A stretch of 64,000 nucleotides of DNA from the NCBI GenBank assembly GCA_041178185.1, contig JBEGVS010000064.1:64693-128692 (forward strand), read 5' to 3'. A model generated the notes under the pieces. It was not told where the DNA came from, searched no databases, and saw nothing but the letters and a program-made list of their open reading frames with translations. The position numbers and the translations under genes are program-made. Source of the stretch: Pseudomonadota bacterium (lineage in GTDB: Bacteria > Bdellovibrionota_C > UBA2361 > OMII01). Numbering within the stretch: the stretch's first letter is position 1; every line of letters starts with the position of its first letter. Shown in pieces: positions 43,256 through 55,333 of this stretch.

Positions 43256-45691
43256 CTACAGAGAGAGCTCTCTCCGCTTTACCTTCTTGCGCGGTGGCAG
43301 CGCCCTCTTGCCCCGGCCAAGGAGCGCAAGCGCGAGCACCTCGCTCACATGTTTTACCGGCACGAATTGAATCTGCTTGCGCTGCTCCTCGGGAATCTCC
43401 TCAAGGTCCTTGATGTTCTCGTACGGAATGATCACCTTAGTGATACCGTGCTGAAGCGCAGCCAGCGCCTTCTCGCGAAGACCTCCAACAGCTAGCACAT
43501 TTCCTCGCAGGGTCATCTCACCCGTCATCGCCACATCTTTAGACACCTTTCGTCCGGAGAGTGCCGACACAAGGGCCGTCGCTATCGTAATACCTGCAGA
43601 TGGACCATCCTTAGGAATAGCTCCACTCGGGACGTGGATGTGAATGTCGTACTTCGAGTGGAAATCCGGCTCCAGACCTAGCAATGACGCGTTTGCTCGA
43701 GCGTAGAAGAGCGCAGCTTGTGCCGACTCCTGCATAACGCTTCCGAGTTGTCCCGTGAGCGTGAGGGATCCCCCTCCTTTGGCGAGGGAAACCTCAATCG
43801 GCATTACCTCTCCACCGAGAGCGGTCCACGCCAAACCACGAACGAGCCCCACTGCCTCTGAGTGTTCGGCGACCTCGGGATCGTACTTGGTTGGACCGAG
43901 CAACGTCGCCACTCGTTTTTCATCGACCACTCGCAGAAGTTTTTTCTTCTCGGCGACATCTCGAGCGAGCTTACGACACAACGCGCCGATCTCACGCTCA
44001 AGTGAACGTACCCCTGCCTCACGTGTATAGCGCTCGATGACGAGCTGAATAGCCGCGTCCGTAAACTGAACCTTATGGCTCGATAATCCGGCCTCTTTAA
44101 GCTGACGAGGTACGATGTACTTGGTGGCGATCTTCTGTTTCTCTGCCGCCGTATATCCAGGAATCGAGAGGATCTCCAACCGATCCATGAGGGGCTCCGG
44201 TATCGTATCCATCGTATTCGCGGTTGCGATAAAGAGCACATCGGACAGATCAAAGGATACATTTAAGTAGTGATCGAGGAACTCGATATTCTGGTGTGGA
44301 TCCAAAACCTCAAGGAGTGCAGAGGCAGGATCGCCTCGGAAATCGGCACCCACTTTATCGAGCTCGTCCAAAACAAAGACCGGATTACGGGTACCGCACT
44401 GCTTGAGCCCTTGAAGAATTCGACCGGGAAGAGCTCCGACATAGGTTCGTCGATGTCCCCGAATCTCAGCTTCGTCACGCATACCACCGAGCGACATGCG
44501 ATTAAAGCTTCGCCCCAGCGCACGCGCGATGGACTTACCGAGCGAGGTCTTACCAACACCGGGAGGTCCGACGAAACACAAGATAGGCCCCTTTGAATTA
44601 GGATTGAGCGCGCGAACGCTCAGGTACTCCAGAATGCGGTCCTTCACCTTCTCAAGGCCGAAGTGATCCTCATCGAGGATCTGCTTTGCCTTTTTGAGAT
44701 CGAGTTTATCGATGGATTTGGTGTGCCACGGCAGATCGGTCATCCACTCAAGGTAGGTTCGAAGGAGCGCAAACTCGCTCGACTCGGGGCTCATGCGCTC
44801 AAGCCTCTTGAGCTGCTTAAAAGCCTCATCGTGAGCCTGCCTGGGCAACTTGAGCGCAAGCAATCGCTCTCGCACAGCCTGGAGATCTTCCGACCCCATG
44901 TCGGTCTCTCCAAGTTCACGTTGAATCTGTTTGATCTGCTCACGCAAGTAGTACTCGCGTTGCCCCTTGCTCATCTCATCGCGAGCTTTATCCTTGATTT
45001 TCTCTGCAAGGATGAATTTATTGAGATCGTCGCTGATGGTCTTGTCAGTCAGTCGAAGCCGCTTCACCGGATCTAACTCCTCAAGGGAAGCCTGCGCATA
45101 CGGAATCTCGACTTTATAGTGTGCCAAAATAACATCCGCGAGAGTGCCCGGGTCTTGAAGCTCCTCAGTGATAATCAACATCTCCTCGGGCAGATGCTCA
45201 TACTCCACGAGCACCTGCAAATTCTCTCGGATGCGATTGATGATGGCTTGGTTCTCGGCCGATACACGCTTCATCGGAACCGAAGGAAGGGGCTCTATCT
45301 TACACGAGAGAAACTTCTTCCCCTCATACTTTTTTGCGCGAGCGCGAACGAGTCCCTGTAGCAGCACCTTTACTCGGCCGTCTGGAACTTGAAGGGTGCG
45401 AACGATGTGCGCCACGACCCCCATCTTGTACAGATCGCGCCCCTTGGGAGCATCAACATCAGGATTCTTTTGCGTAACAACAAACGCGAGTCGCTCCTCA
45501 CCCATGGCGGCCTCGACAGCTCGCATGCTCTCCGGCCGACTCAGGTAGAGCGACATCATCACTCCGGGAAAGGCAACCATATCCTTCGCTGCCAGCACTG
45601 GAAGGACGTTCGGCACTAAAACCGGTTCGGGAGAACCCGCTGATGTTGCTGAAGATCCCTTCTTACCCTTGGACGACTTTCTTTGTGCCAT
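43256..45691 (-). CDS. lon: ATP-dependent protease Lon
   Basis: Lon N-terminal domain, AAA+ GPPGVGKTS, and a catalytic Ser-Lys proteolytic domain (PKDGPSAG). Confidence 0.95.
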   Translation of the reverse strand: MAQRKSSKGKKGSSATSAGSPEPVLVPNVLPVLAAKDMVAFPGVMMSLYLSRPESMRAVEAAMGEERLAFVVTQKNPDVDAPKGRDLYKMGVVAHIVRTLQVPDGRVKVLLQGLVRARAKKYEGKKFLSCKIEPLPSVPMKRVSAENQAIINRIRENLQVLVEYEHLPEEMLIITEELQDPGTLADVILAHYKVEIPYAQASLEELDPVKRLRLTDKTISDDLNKFILAEKIKDKARDEMSKGQREYYLREQIKQIQRELGETDMGSEDLQAVRERLLALKLPRQAHDEAFKQLKRLERMSPESSEFALLRTYLEWMTDLPWHTKSIDKLDLKKAKQILDEDHFGLEKVKDRILEYLSVRALNPNSKGPILCFVGPPGVGKTSLGKSIARALGRSFNRMSLGGMRDEAEIRGHRRTYVGALPGRILQGLKQCGTRNPVFVLDELDKVGADFRGDPASALLEVLDPHQNIEFLDHYLNVSFDLSDVLFIATANTMDTIPEPLMDRLEILSIPGYTAAEKQKIATKYIVPRQLKEAGLSSHKVQFTDAAIQLVIERYTREAGVRSLEREIGALCRKLARDVAEKKKLLRVVDEKRVATLLGPTKYDPEVAEHSEAVGLVRGLAWTALGGEVMPIEVSLAKGGGSLTLTGQLGSVMQESAQAALFYARANASLLGLEPDFHSKYDIHIHVPSGAIPKDGPSAGITIATALVSALSGRKVSKDVAMTGEMTLRGNVLAVGGLREKALAALQHGITKVIIPYENIKDLEEIPEEQRKQIQFVPVKHVSEVLALALLGRGKRALPPRKKVKRRELSL

Positions 45692-45984
45692 GCTTCCCCT
45701 GGATCGAGATTCTCAAACGGCTGTTCTAAAAACCGTTTTCACACTGAGAGCCGTGACGCCTCTTCAAACACCACACTCTTGTGCAATTTCAACGAGATAC
45801 GCAATCTTAACAACAGTCGTTGTTGAGACGAAGACGGTAGTGCGTTTTTAACCCACTACGCCCCTATCTCGTTGGATGACTATAGCCCCGCTATCGATGT
45901 CGAAAACAGGGGGAAAGCGAACAAGAAGGGGGCAATCATTCCCGTGGGAAGGAAGCGGGTGGGCAGGGTCGCCCTCCGGCTGCT

Positions 45985-46785
45985 CTACGCGAGGCGGGGT
46001 GCACCAGAGGCAGCGATATGCCGGACGGTGGAGATATCGACTATGGTAGAATCACCATCGCTGCATCGCTCTAAAGCCACACCCATCCGAGGTTCGCATC
46101 GAAGTGCATATCCCGCGACAGAACCTCGCACGAAAGCCGAGCAGAAAAGGTCGGCTCCTTGATGTGCGCACGCATGCAGCGCTGCGGCCAGAACTTGATC
46201 TCTGGGGTCAGCGAAAATGAGCCCAATCTCATTGAGTATTTGCTCCTGTTCGCTACGGCCACTACCGAACGACTCCTTAACTACTGCGCGAATGGAGACC
46301 ACTCGCTCTTGTGAGAGATCCCGAGGCACAACCTGTTTGAGGATTTGTTGCGGTAGAGCTTCACACCAGGCAATCAACTTGGGATCTACGGCGTCTCTCC
46401 CAAACCTAGGAAGGGTGGCTCGAAAGTAATGATTGAGTACTTTCATCGCCAAGCCGTCGGTAACTCCAACCGGAAGTGTGAAGGTCGAGACACCTGTCTC
46501 TGTGCTGAAGGAATACGACCACAATATCTGCTCCGCTAAACGGAATGGAGTTTTACGTAGTATCGCTGGCGCTTCGCTGGCGGCTACATCGGTATGAAGG
46601 TCTGGCACCTTGGGTAGAGTCACCCCTGATTGGGAATCGAGAGTCGAACTTCTCGAGGCTTCCACCATCGCAACGATCTTCCTGGCGAGCACAGGATCGT
46701 TATCCAACGCCTCAATAACTTGCTCTCGCTGAGCGAGTGTTATCTTTTCATTCCTCACAATATCCATCTTCACATGCCTGAACAA
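45985..46785 (-). CDS. hypothetical protein (possibly an HDOD-like signalling domain)
   Basis: ORF with weak resemblance to an HDOD domain (HACAHQGADLF). Confidence 0.3.
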   Translation of the reverse strand: MFRHVKMDIVRNEKITLAQREQVIEALDNDPVLARKIVAMVEASRSSTLDSQSGVTLPKVPDLHTDVAASEAPAILRKTPFRLAEQILWSYSFSTETGVSTFTLPVGVTDGLAMKVLNHYFRATLPRFGRDAVDPKLIAWCEALPQQILKQVVPRDLSQERVVSIRAVVKESFGSGRSEQEQILNEIGLIFADPRDQVLAAALHACAHQGADLFCSAFVRGSVAGYALRCEPRMGVALERCSDGDSTIVDISTVRHIAASGAPRLA

Positions 46786-47204
46786 ATACCCGTGCTCTCA
46801 GCTCTCCGTCGGCGTGCTCAGAATTCCACGCAACGAAGAGCATAAAGTTTTGCCCCGATACGGAGCGACTCCCCTCTCTGGCAACGTTCGTTACTCGCGC
46901 GCCATCCCGCTCCCGAAGAGAAGGTGGAGTAACGCAGTATACATAGTAGCAAACGGGGCGATTTATGCTTTTTAGGGTGCGTATAGCTGCTAGTTTTAAC
47001 ACCTGTAAGCTACTGAACCGTGTAGCTGTCAACGAGCGCTCTCTAGTGTAAGCAGCTGATACTAGGCGCGGATCAACGATACAAGCTTTTTCCCCCCGTT
47101 CTACTTTACGTAGAATAGCGCCCGGTCAACGATTCAGAGCTAGATTCACACTAGCCACAAGAGCTCCGATGGACCACGTCGATCGCATCGAAAAACCGCA
47201 TCAC

Positions 47205-49121
47205 CTAATAGCCACTCTCCACGCGCTCTTCGTCCTTTAGGAAGGATGGGCCCGTTCGCACCGGTGCGATAGAGCCGGTCATTCCTGCTGACGGCGCGAC
47301 GTTCACACCCCCAGCTCCAGGGAATCGCTCAAGGAATCCGTTTTTGGAAACTTCGACGACGTAGAACGAACGACGGACCTCTCCGCCAGGCGCCATCTCT
47401 ATCAACCCGGTCACACCCTCATACCGAGGCAGCGAAGCGAGCGCATCGGAGAAGCTCTTTCGCTCACGCGCCGCTTTATGGATCGCGGAGACTACAAGAG
47501 TTCCAGCATCAAATCCCTGCGCCGCGAGGAAGTTGGGAGCAACCTTGAACTTTCCTTTGTAGGATTCGTTAAACTGTTGCACGACGGGGCGCATACTTTG
47601 TGGAAAAAATGGGGTCACAAAGATTGCGGAATCAAAGAGCGCCTGAGAGTTCGCTATCTTGCTTGGATTATCCCACAGCGCCGTTCCAAGAGGGCGCATC
47701 GTCTTACGGGTTGTTGGACTCACATTCGAGAGGAGCTTTACACTTATCTCGATCGAGTCGGGAATGAGCACCGCTTGAGCACCTGCACTATCGAGGCGCT
47801 GCGCGACCTCAAGTATGGACGCTTCATCGGAGGCGGTGTACGGAGCCTCTAAAACCGGCGTGATTCCATATCCAGCGAGTCTCTTCTTGAAAAGATGCAA
47901 AACCTCATTGCCATTCGCGCTCTCAGGATAGGCGATAGCAAACTGTCGAAGCCCATAATCCTGATAGGCGGCGGTCACAAGGGCGTCGACCTGCGAGGTC
48001 GTGGTTGCTCCGAGGCGAGTTATCCCATTACCGATCGGGAAAGATTCACTCTTTGAGAAGGAAAGTAGCGGAGTTCGAAGCTCACGAGCCGTATCAGCAG
48101 CAGCTACCGACACATCGGTGAGAAGTGGTCCCACAATCACTGCCGGGCTTGAGGTAGCAACCAGCTCACGCACCGCTGCGGATGCGGCCGCTGCATCAGA
48201 CCCTACATCTCGAACCTCAACGCGGGCTCGAGGGGTCTCTCTATCGGCCTCAACTGCCAGATCCAGCCCCTGTCGGGTATCTCGCCCCAGGGAACCGAAC
48301 TTATCTGAGAGGCTCAGGATAACTCCGACGACGGCCGACTGTCCGCTCCCGACGATCTCAGGAGTAGGGAGATCGGTCGCGAGAATGCTTTGGGATCCTG
48401 CCTCCCAGAAGGGTCTGCGCAGGTCTGTGTACTCACGATATCCTGGGGTGGAGCGTCGCAATCGCTCACGCCCCACTAACTCATGAATGAAGGGGTCACT
48501 ACTCCAGTCGAGTGCAACGGTTTCGAAATTCTTTTCGGGGATCGTCCGCAGAAGGAGAACAGCGCCCGTCTCTGATGCCTGCGCACCTGTGCGCTCCCCC
48601 TGCTGTGCCTGGCGATTGGCTTTAGAGAACCAGGCAAGAGATTGCTCCGTATCTCCGTGACGCCCGTACGCATACCCCAGAAGGAGGGAGAAGCTTGCGG
48701 GAACATCAGTTTCACCCAATCCGCGTGATTTAAAATACTGACTGATCGTGGACAGCGCCCGAGCCGACTCATCAAGCGCGAGATACTGACTCGCCGCTCG
48801 CAGGGTTGCGGCCTCAGACTCCGAGTCCGACAGTTTGGTTTTTTTAGCTTGCAGGTATGCTTCGAGAGCCGAACGCCGCTTTCCTTTACGGAGCATCTCA
48901 TCGCCCAGTAGAAGCGAGGCATTCGTGAGCTTCACACCCGCCGAATCGTAGAAGGGTCGCCAGATCTCCCATGGCATCGGTTCAGCGGGCGAGGTCGCCG
49001 ATAGCTCGGCTCCTCGCTTCGAAGCGGGACGTCGAGGACGAACTCCTTCATCAAATGAGCAACCAACCATAGTAACCACCACGGTTGAAAGGAGTAGCGT
49101 GCGAACAGTTTGTCGAACCAT
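47205..49121 (-). CDS. LpoA-like lipoprotein: N-terminal TPR-like region plus a C-terminal type-I periplasmic-binding-protein fold
   Basis: Lipobox LSTVVVTMVGC; N-terminal helical repeats; C-terminal Leu/Ile/Val-binding-protein-like domain. Confidence 0.55.
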   Translation of the reverse strand: MVRQTVRTLLLSTVVVTMVGCSFDEGVRPRRPASKRGAELSATSPAEPMPWEIWRPFYDSAGVKLTNASLLLGDEMLRKGKRRSALEAYLQAKKTKLSDSESEAATLRAASQYLALDESARALSTISQYFKSRGLGETDVPASFSLLLGYAYGRHGDTEQSLAWFSKANRQAQQGERTGAQASETGAVLLLRTIPEKNFETVALDWSSDPFIHELVGRERLRRSTPGYREYTDLRRPFWEAGSQSILATDLPTPEIVGSGQSAVVGVILSLSDKFGSLGRDTRQGLDLAVEADRETPRARVEVRDVGSDAAAASAAVRELVATSSPAVIVGPLLTDVSVAAADTARELRTPLLSFSKSESFPIGNGITRLGATTTSQVDALVTAAYQDYGLRQFAIAYPESANGNEVLHLFKKRLAGYGITPVLEAPYTASDEASILEVAQRLDSAGAQAVLIPDSIEISVKLLSNVSPTTRKTMRPLGTALWDNPSKIANSQALFDSAIFVTPFFPQSMRPVVQQFNESYKGKFKVAPNFLAAQGFDAGTLVVSAIHKAARERKSFSDALASLPRYEGVTGLIEMAPGGEVRRSFYVVEVSKNGFLERFPGAGGVNVAPSAGMTGSIAPVRTGPSFLKDEERVESGY

Positions 49122-49351
49122 AGGAGTGATACGTCAGTCGGGTGATGGTAGATCCAGGAGCGCTCCACGAATACCCGTTCCATCAACAGGCGAAAGAGTT
49201 TTCTGGACCGAGCACTCAGCTCCCTCACTATAATAGGGGCCAAAGGGCGTAGCCAACGGGCATTTTAAGTACCGGGCTGAGAGACTGGCAAACGAGCGCC
49301 CCGCCCCTAGTCAAAAGACGTTCGTACTGCAGCGCCCCCGGACGAGCTCTC

Positions 49352-50482
49352 TTACGAGAACATATCCTTTACTTTATCGAAGAAGCCCTTATCGGTGCCA
49401 TCGTCGACCACAGTCCCCTGAAGCTCGGCGAGCTTTTCGAGAAGGTTGCGTTCCTCCTCGGATACCTTTTTAGGAACGTGCACATACACCCGCACATGCT
49501 GGTCACCGCGGCGCTGCGGGTTGCTTCCCAGCACCGGAATACCTTTGTTTTTGATACGGAAAACCTTGCCGGATGGTGTTCCCGCTGGAATCTTTAACTT
49601 GAGCTTCCCGTCGAGCGACGGCACATCTATCTCTGTTCCAAGCGCTGCAGCTGCATAGGTTATCGGAACCTCACAGATAACTTCCTGATCCTGACGTTGA
49701 AAGATCGGATGCTCCTCGATATTTACCTGAACGTAGAGATCTCCGCTCGGACCACCACCGATTCCCCCCTCACCCTCTCCACGCATCTTGAGGCGTTGGC
49801 CGTGATCAACACCCGCTGGAACCTTAACTTTGATCGTGGATTGTTTGACCCGTAGACCGGTACCTGAGCAGTCACCACACGGCGTCTTCACAACTTCACC
49901 CGCTCCACCACATGCATGACATGTTCGTGCGAGGGTGAAAAAGCCCTGTTGAACCCTAATCTGTCCGGCGCCTTCACACTGAGGACAACGCTCACGTGAG
50001 GTCCCCTTCGCAGCGCCTGACCCTGAGCAGGCTTCACAACTTGAACGTCGTCCGATGGAGATCTCTTTCTCACATCCGAAGGCTGCTTCCTCAAAGGTTA
50101 GCTCAAGATCGTAGCGAAGATCGTTGCCAGCGCGCCCGCGGCCACGACGGGGATCGCTCCCCATACCACCACCGAAGAAGTTGCTGAAGATATCTCCGAA
50201 GATATCCTCGAAGCCTGAGAAGTCTCCGCCCTGGAAACCACCCATGCCACCACCCTGCTGGAATGCGGCATGTCCGAAGCGATCGTAACGAGCACGATTT
50301 TCGGCGTCGCTCAGAACTGAGTACGCTTCGGTCGCTTCCTTGAACTTCTCCTCTGCTTCTTTGTTGCCGGGGTTCTTGTCGGGATGAAATTGGACGGCTT
50401 TTTTACGATAGGCTTTCTTGACGTCCTCAAGAGACGCGCCTTTGGAGACCCCTAGTACTTCGTAGTAATCACGTTTTGACAC
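49352..50482 (-). CDS. dnaJ: chaperone DnaJ
   Basis: J-domain HPDKN, G/F region, and four CxxCxGxG zinc-finger repeats; GTG start. Confidence 0.95.
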   Translation of the reverse strand: MSKRDYYEVLGVSKGASLEDVKKAYRKKAVQFHPDKNPGNKEAEEKFKEATEAYSVLSDAENRARYDRFGHAAFQQGGGMGGFQGGDFSGFEDIFGDIFSNFFGGGMGSDPRRGRGRAGNDLRYDLELTFEEAAFGCEKEISIGRRSSCEACSGSGAAKGTSRERCPQCEGAGQIRVQQGFFTLARTCHACGGAGEVVKTPCGDCSGTGLRVKQSTIKVKVPAGVDHGQRLKMRGEGEGGIGGGPSGDLYVQVNIEEHPIFQRQDQEVICEVPITYAAAALGTEIDVPSLDGKLKLKIPAGTPSGKVFRIKNKGIPVLGSNPQRRGDQHVRVYVHVPKKVSEEERNLLEKLAELQGTVVDDGTDKGFFDKVKDMFS

Positions 50483-50632
50483 GGTGGCACCTTACACTAA
50501 AAACATCCTTGGTGTCTGCACTTGGCAGGGTGAATTTCAGCTCTTTCTAGGCCCCCAAACGAAAAGAGCCCCCGAACCAACCCTCTACAAGGTCAGCCGG
50601 GGGCCCTTCCCTAAACCGCGCTGAAAGTCGGT

Positions 50633-52555
50633 TTACTTGTTGTCGCGAACCTCTTCATAGTCGGCGTCAACAACGTCATCCTTATGGCTTGCACCTGCGC
50701 CGTTCTGCGACTCAGCTGCTCCAGCTCCGTTGGCGGTAGCTCCTGCAGCAGCAGCTCGCTTGTACGCCTCTTCGGAGAGCTTGTGACTCGCCTTCTCAAG
50801 GTTCTCGTACGCGCGCTTGATAGCATCCTGATCGTTGCTCTCGAGGGCCTTCTTGGCTTCCTCAAGCGCCGTATCGACGGTGCCCTTGAGTTCAGCAGTT
50901 GCCTTATCTCCGAGCTCCTTCAAGGTTGACTCAGTTGCGTAGACCATCGTGTCGAGCTTGTTCCGCTCCTCGATCAGCTCTCGACGCTTACGGTCCTCTT
51001 CGGCGTGCTCTTTCGCGTCCTGAACCATGCGCTCGATCTCCTCTTTCGAGAGTCCGGAGCTTGAAGTGATCTTAATCGACTGCTCCTTGCCCGTACCGAG
51101 GTCCTTAGCGGAAACCGATACGATACCGTTAGCATCGATGTCGAAGGTTACCTCGATCTGAGGAACTCCTCGAGGGGCAGCCGGAATTCCAACGAGCTCG
51201 AAACGTCCGAGTGTCTTGCTATCCGCAGCCATCTCTCGCTCTCCCTGGAGCACGTGAATCGATACTGCTGGCTGATTATCAGACGCCGTTGAGAACACCT
51301 GCGATTTGCGAGTGGGGATCGTTGTGTTCTTCTCGATCAGCTTCGTGTTCACTCCACCGTAGGTCTCGATTCCGAGACTGAGTGGGGTAACGTCGAGAAG
51401 GAGAACATCCTTAACGTCACCTTGAAGAACGCCTCCCTGAACTGCCGCTCCTATAGCAACGGCTTCGTCCGGATTTACGCTCTTCGAAGCTTCCTTACCG
51501 AAGATCTCCTTAACGCGCTGCTGTACAGCAGGCATACGGGTCATACCACCCACGAGGATAACCTCGCCGATATCGCTCGCACTAAGGCCCGCATCCTTGA
51601 GCGCAGTCCTGCACGGAGCCTCAAGACGTCGCAGAAGATCAGCGCACAGCTGTTCAAACTTGGCGCGGGTGATCTTCAAGTTAAGGTGCTTAGGTCCTGA
51701 AGCATCCGCCGTAATGAACGGAAGATTGATGTCGGTCTCCATAGAAGAGGAGAGCTCGTGCTTCGCCTTCTCAGCCGCCTCTTTGAGACGCTGAAGCGCC
51801 ATCGTGTCCTTGCGGAGGTCGATCCCCTGATCCTTCTTAAACTGATCCGCGATGTAATCAACGAGGATCAGATCGAAATCCTCTCCTCCGAGGAATGTAT
51901 CGCCATTCGTTGACTTCACTTCAAACACCCCATCGCCGAGCTCAAGAATCGATACGTCGAACGTACCTCCTCCAAGGTCGAACACAGCGACGGTCTTCTC
52001 GTGCTTCTTATCGAGGCCGTAGGCAAGCGCTGCCGCCGTTGGCTCGTTGATAATTCGAAGAACGTTCAGTCCAGCGATCTTTCCAGCGTCCTTCGTAGCT
52101 TGACGCTGCGCGTCATCGAAGTATGCAGGAACGGTAATCACAGCATCGGTCACAGCCTCCCCGAGGTAGTCCTCAGCGGTCTGCTTCATCTTAGTAAGAA
52201 CCATCGCGGAGATCTCTTGCGGGCTCTTGGCTTCACCCTTGAGCTTGACCCATGCATCCTGATTTTGCGACGAGGCGATCTCGTACGGCAGAACACCCTT
52301 GGCCTTCTCCACCTCTGGGGCGTTAACCTTCCGACCGATCAATCGCTTCACCGCGAAGATTGTGTTCTTCGGATTTGTAACGGCCTGACGCTTCGCTATC
52401 TGACCTACAAGACGCTCTCCTGCGTCGTTGACACCAACCACAGAGGGGGTCGTGCGGCTTCCCTCGCTGTTGGCGATGACGGTCGGTGCTCCAGCTTCCA
52501 TCACGGCAACGCACGAGTTCGTGGTTCCAAGGTCAATTCCAATTACTTTTCCCAT
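50633..52555 (-). CDS. dnaK: chaperone DnaK (Hsp70)
   Basis: [18 protein letters not shown], and an EEVD-less bacterial C-terminus. Confidence 0.97.
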   Translation of the reverse strand: MGKVIGIDLGTTNSCVAVMEAGAPTVIANSEGSRTTPSVVGVNDAGERLVGQIAKRQAVTNPKNTIFAVKRLIGRKVNAPEVEKAKGVLPYEIASSQNQDAWVKLKGEAKSPQEISAMVLTKMKQTAEDYLGEAVTDAVITVPAYFDDAQRQATKDAGKIAGLNVLRIINEPTAAALAYGLDKKHEKTVAVFDLGGGTFDVSILELGDGVFEVKSTNGDTFLGGEDFDLILVDYIADQFKKDQGIDLRKDTMALQRLKEAAEKAKHELSSSMETDINLPFITADASGPKHLNLKITRAKFEQLCADLLRRLEAPCRTALKDAGLSASDIGEVILVGGMTRMPAVQQRVKEIFGKEASKSVNPDEAVAIGAAVQGGVLQGDVKDVLLLDVTPLSLGIETYGGVNTKLIEKNTTIPTRKSQVFSTASDNQPAVSIHVLQGEREMAADSKTLGRFELVGIPAAPRGVPQIEVTFDIDANGIVSVSAKDLGTGKEQSIKITSSSGLSKEEIERMVQDAKEHAEEDRKRRELIEERNKLDTMVYATESTLKELGDKATAELKGTVDTALEEAKKALESNDQDAIKRAYENLEKASHKLSEEAYKRAAAAGATANGAGAAESQNGAGASHKDDVVDADYEEVRDNK

Positions 52556-52607
52556 AGCTCGTAGTACTCCTTGCTTAAAATCTTTAAATCTTTCTACCGT
52601 TCTTCTC

Positions 52608-53195
52608 TTAGGCTCCGTCTCCTGCTGTGGCGACGATCACCTCTCCGAACCGGATCAACTTATCCTTGTAGTAGTAGGGCTTCTTCAGCTCACCCACGAT
52701 TACTCCTGACTCGGCTCCCGGCACTCGGCTAATCGCCGCGTGCTTTTGTGGGTCGAACTGGGTTCCCATGCTCGACTCCCCCCGAATCTGCCACTTTCCA
52801 AGCTTTTCAACGAAGAGCCTGTGCACCATCTCCAACCCAGTTTTCAGGCTGTCTTGGCTTGCCGAGCTGTGGGAAAGCGCGAGCTCCAGGTTGTCCAGGA
52901 CCTCGAGCATATCTACAACGATCTTCTCTCCTTGGTATTTAAGTAGCTCAGACTGCTCCTTCAAGGCCCGGCGCTTAAAATTTTCAAAATCGGCCGCGAG
53001 TCGTAGGTAGCGGTCCTTTGCATCCGCTAGTTCAGCCTCAATGGACGGCTTCTCTCCAGCCTCAGGCTGAGCCTGATTCTCATTAGTAACATCTTGATTT
53101 GGCTCGGTATTATCTCCGCCTACATCCATGGCTTCGGCCTCTTCACGTGACTGCTTTTTTGACATTCGTGGTCTTTGCGTTTTGTTGAGTGGCAC
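52608..53195 (-). CDS. grpE: nucleotide exchange factor GrpE
   Basis: GrpE coiled-coil and beta-domain. The start may be the ATG at 53165 rather than the GTG at 53195. Confidence 0.85.
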   Translation of the reverse strand: MPLNKTQRPRMSKKQSREEAEAMDVGGDNTEPNQDVTNENQAQPEAGEKPSIEAELADAKDRYLRLAADFENFKRRALKEQSELLKYQGEKIVVDMLEVLDNLELALSHSSASQDSLKTGLEMVHRLFVEKLGKWQIRGESSMGTQFDPQKHAAISRVPGAESGVIVGELKKPYYYKDKLIRFGEVIVATAGDGA

Positions 53196-53302
53196 CCTTT
53201 CGGCCTGAACCAGACCTCGAGAGCTTTCAGATCGATTAAAGGGCTCCGGCCCTTAAACCTTTCGGATAGGGTGTGCTATAAACACTTGCCGAGGCTTTTT
53301 CA

Positions 53303-53941
53303 ATGTCCACCCCTCAAAACGACTCACTTATTCCCGCAGAACAGCTAAAAAGGGGTCAAGAGACCTCGGTTCCGGCGATCGTCCTTCGAGTCACCCCGTT
53401 CCGAGAGAGCGACCTGATCGGACACCTCCTGACCCCAAGTATGGGCAAGATCTCGGTCATAGCCCGACATGCTCGTGGCAGTCGCAAACGGTTCCCGAGC
53501 TCCCTTGATCTCTTCGACCGAGGAACGGCTCGCCTCACCGTCGAAAAGAGCGGCGCCCTCGGCGTGAAGGAATTTTCACCATCGCACTCCCTTGTTCGGA
53601 TACGCCATGACCTCGATAAGCTCACCCTGGCCTCCCTCCTCTGCGAAGCGTTCGATATCGTTATCCCTGAGCACGGTGGGCATGCGACCCCACACCTCTT
53701 CGAGGTTCTCGACCTCTCCTTGAACGCGATCGATGAGGCCGCAGACGTCAAAGGGAGTCTCCGAGCAACCTTTATCGCCCTGGCGTCGCTGACACAGGAC
53801 AGTGGTATCGCCGATGTCTCGTCAGCGACTCCTGGCAGTCGCGCACTCGCACATCTCCTCGACACCATCGAACGATTCTGCGAACGTCGCCTCATGACAC
53901 GGAGCGCCCTGAAAGACATCATTAAACGAGCGGCGACGTGA
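53303..53941 (+). CDS. recO: DNA repair protein RecO
   Basis: RecO N-terminal OB-fold (AIVLRVTPFRESDLIGHLLT). Confidence 0.7.
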   Translation: MSTPQNDSLIPAEQLKRGQETSVPAIVLRVTPFRESDLIGHLLTPSMGKISVIARHARGSRKRFPSSLDLFDRGTARLTVEKSGALGVKEFSPSHSLVRIRHDLDKLTLASLLCEAFDIVIPEHGGHATPHLFEVLDLSLNAIDEAADVKGSLRATFIALASLTQDSGIADVSSATPGSRALAHLLDTIERFCERRLMTRSALKDIIKRAAT

Positions 53942-53963
53942 CGCCGCGCACGAGAGGATTACT

Positions 53964-54761
53964 ATGAGCACAACCACTACCTGCCTTGGTGTGATACCGG
54001 TTCGACTGGAGAGCTCACGCTTTCCCAACAAACCCCTTAAAGATATCCACGGAAAAACGCTCGTTGAGCGGGTGTGGCTTCAGGCCGGTCAGAGTAGTTG
54101 CGTAACGACCCTCGTCGTCGCAACGAACAATGAGGAGATCGCTGCCGAATGTACCAAGAAGGGCATGCGACACATCATGACCAGCGCATCACACGAAACA
54201 GGAACGGATAGAGTGGCGGAGGCTTGTGCCATACTTGAGAAACAGGGGCACTCATTTGACCTCGTAGCAAACATCCAAGGAGATATGCCCTTCGTGAATC
54301 CAACCGTGATCGACAGCGTGATCACATCGCTCGCGCGCTCCGAATCGGAATTTGGAATGGCGACCATCGGAACGCCGATTACAAGCCGCGAGGAGTTTGA
54401 GCGACCAGCCTCGGTTAAGATCGCGCTAGGAGAGTCGGGGCGTGCGCTGTACTTCTCACGTTCTGCTGTTCCCCACTGGCGAAACTTTCCAGGCGATTCG
54501 GCTATCTCAGCGGAGAGTCCGCTCGGCTACAAACATATGGGGCTCTATATATTTCGTCGAGAAACACTTGCGCAAATAGCGACCCTTCCAAAAGCCTTTA
54601 CCGAACAACGCGAGGCGCTGGAACAGCTCCGCGCTCTCGCCCACGGAATCGCCATTAAGGTGCATATCGTTTCGAGAGAGTCAGTTGAACCGTGCATTGA
54701 GGTCGACACGCCAGAGGATCTAGAACAAGCAATCCGCTTCGCCGCGCTCAAGAACCTCTAG
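53964..54761 (+). CDS. kdsB: 3-deoxy-manno-octulosonate cytidylyltransferase (CMP-KDO synthetase)
   Basis: IPVRLESSRFPNKPL and a ribosome-binding site (GAGAGGA). Confidence 0.9.
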   Translation: MSTTTTCLGVIPVRLESSRFPNKPLKDIHGKTLVERVWLQAGQSSCVTTLVVATNNEEIAAECTKKGMRHIMTSASHETGTDRVAEACAILEKQGHSFDLVANIQGDMPFVNPTVIDSVITSLARSESEFGMATIGTPITSREEFERPASVKIALGESGRALYFSRSAVPHWRNFPGDSAISAESPLGYKHMGLYIFRRETLAQIATLPKAFTEQREALEQLRALAHGIAIKVHIVSRESVEPCIEVDTPEDLEQAIRFAALKNL

Positions 54762-55333
54762 CTTGGTGGGGCTTTGCAGCTCAAGCGGCAGCATGGTGAA
54801 AGTCGCTGCACACGCAGCGAGGGCGCTCTAACAACGAGCACATGACTTCATTCGTTCAGTACACAGCGATCTGTCGACCTGTCCATTCAGCTCCCACGCC
54901 CATTCCTCTTCGCAGCAGGAAAATAAAAAACGGCCGGATTTGTATCCGCAAGCCAGGTAGCTGCAATCGTTTGTGGTAGCCGGCAACGGGTAGTTTGCAA
55001 GCTCTCACCAGGTCCATAGATTTAGTCATCCGTCTCTGTGAGCCCATGCCTGCTCTATCGGATATAGCGAAAACAAGTCTCTTGCCCCAGAACACACGAT
55101 CCGGTGATCTACCCCATATGGAGCATTGAACGGACCGGCTCTAATCGCCATCCTCTGGCCTAACAACCTGTATACATGGGGCTTTGTTGCAGCTTGAGTA
55201 GGGTTTGAGCGATGCGGTATCCTTGAGGCTTGAGTTAAGGTGCTGGATCAGGGGATCTGCACAATACCTATGTTATGCCCTCTTCTTGTGCTTCACCCCC
55301 TCCTGTGTTCTCGTTAGCGACGGAGGTGCGGAT

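Noticed and set aside
45872-46162. The + strand 96-aa ORF upstream of lon.
   Set aside because: It overlaps the 3' end of the minus-strand hypothetical gene, and its composition is Arg/Ala-rich and antisense-like.
53356-53922. The minus-strand 188-aa ORF.
   Set aside because: It is antisense to recO, and its translation is Arg/Ser-rich with no motif.
54856-55095. The minus-strand 79-aa ORF in the kdsB/IMPase intergenic region.
   Set aside because: It has no ribosome-binding site or motifs, and it contains a hairpin plus T-tract (about 54930-54960) that looks more like a noncoding structural element.
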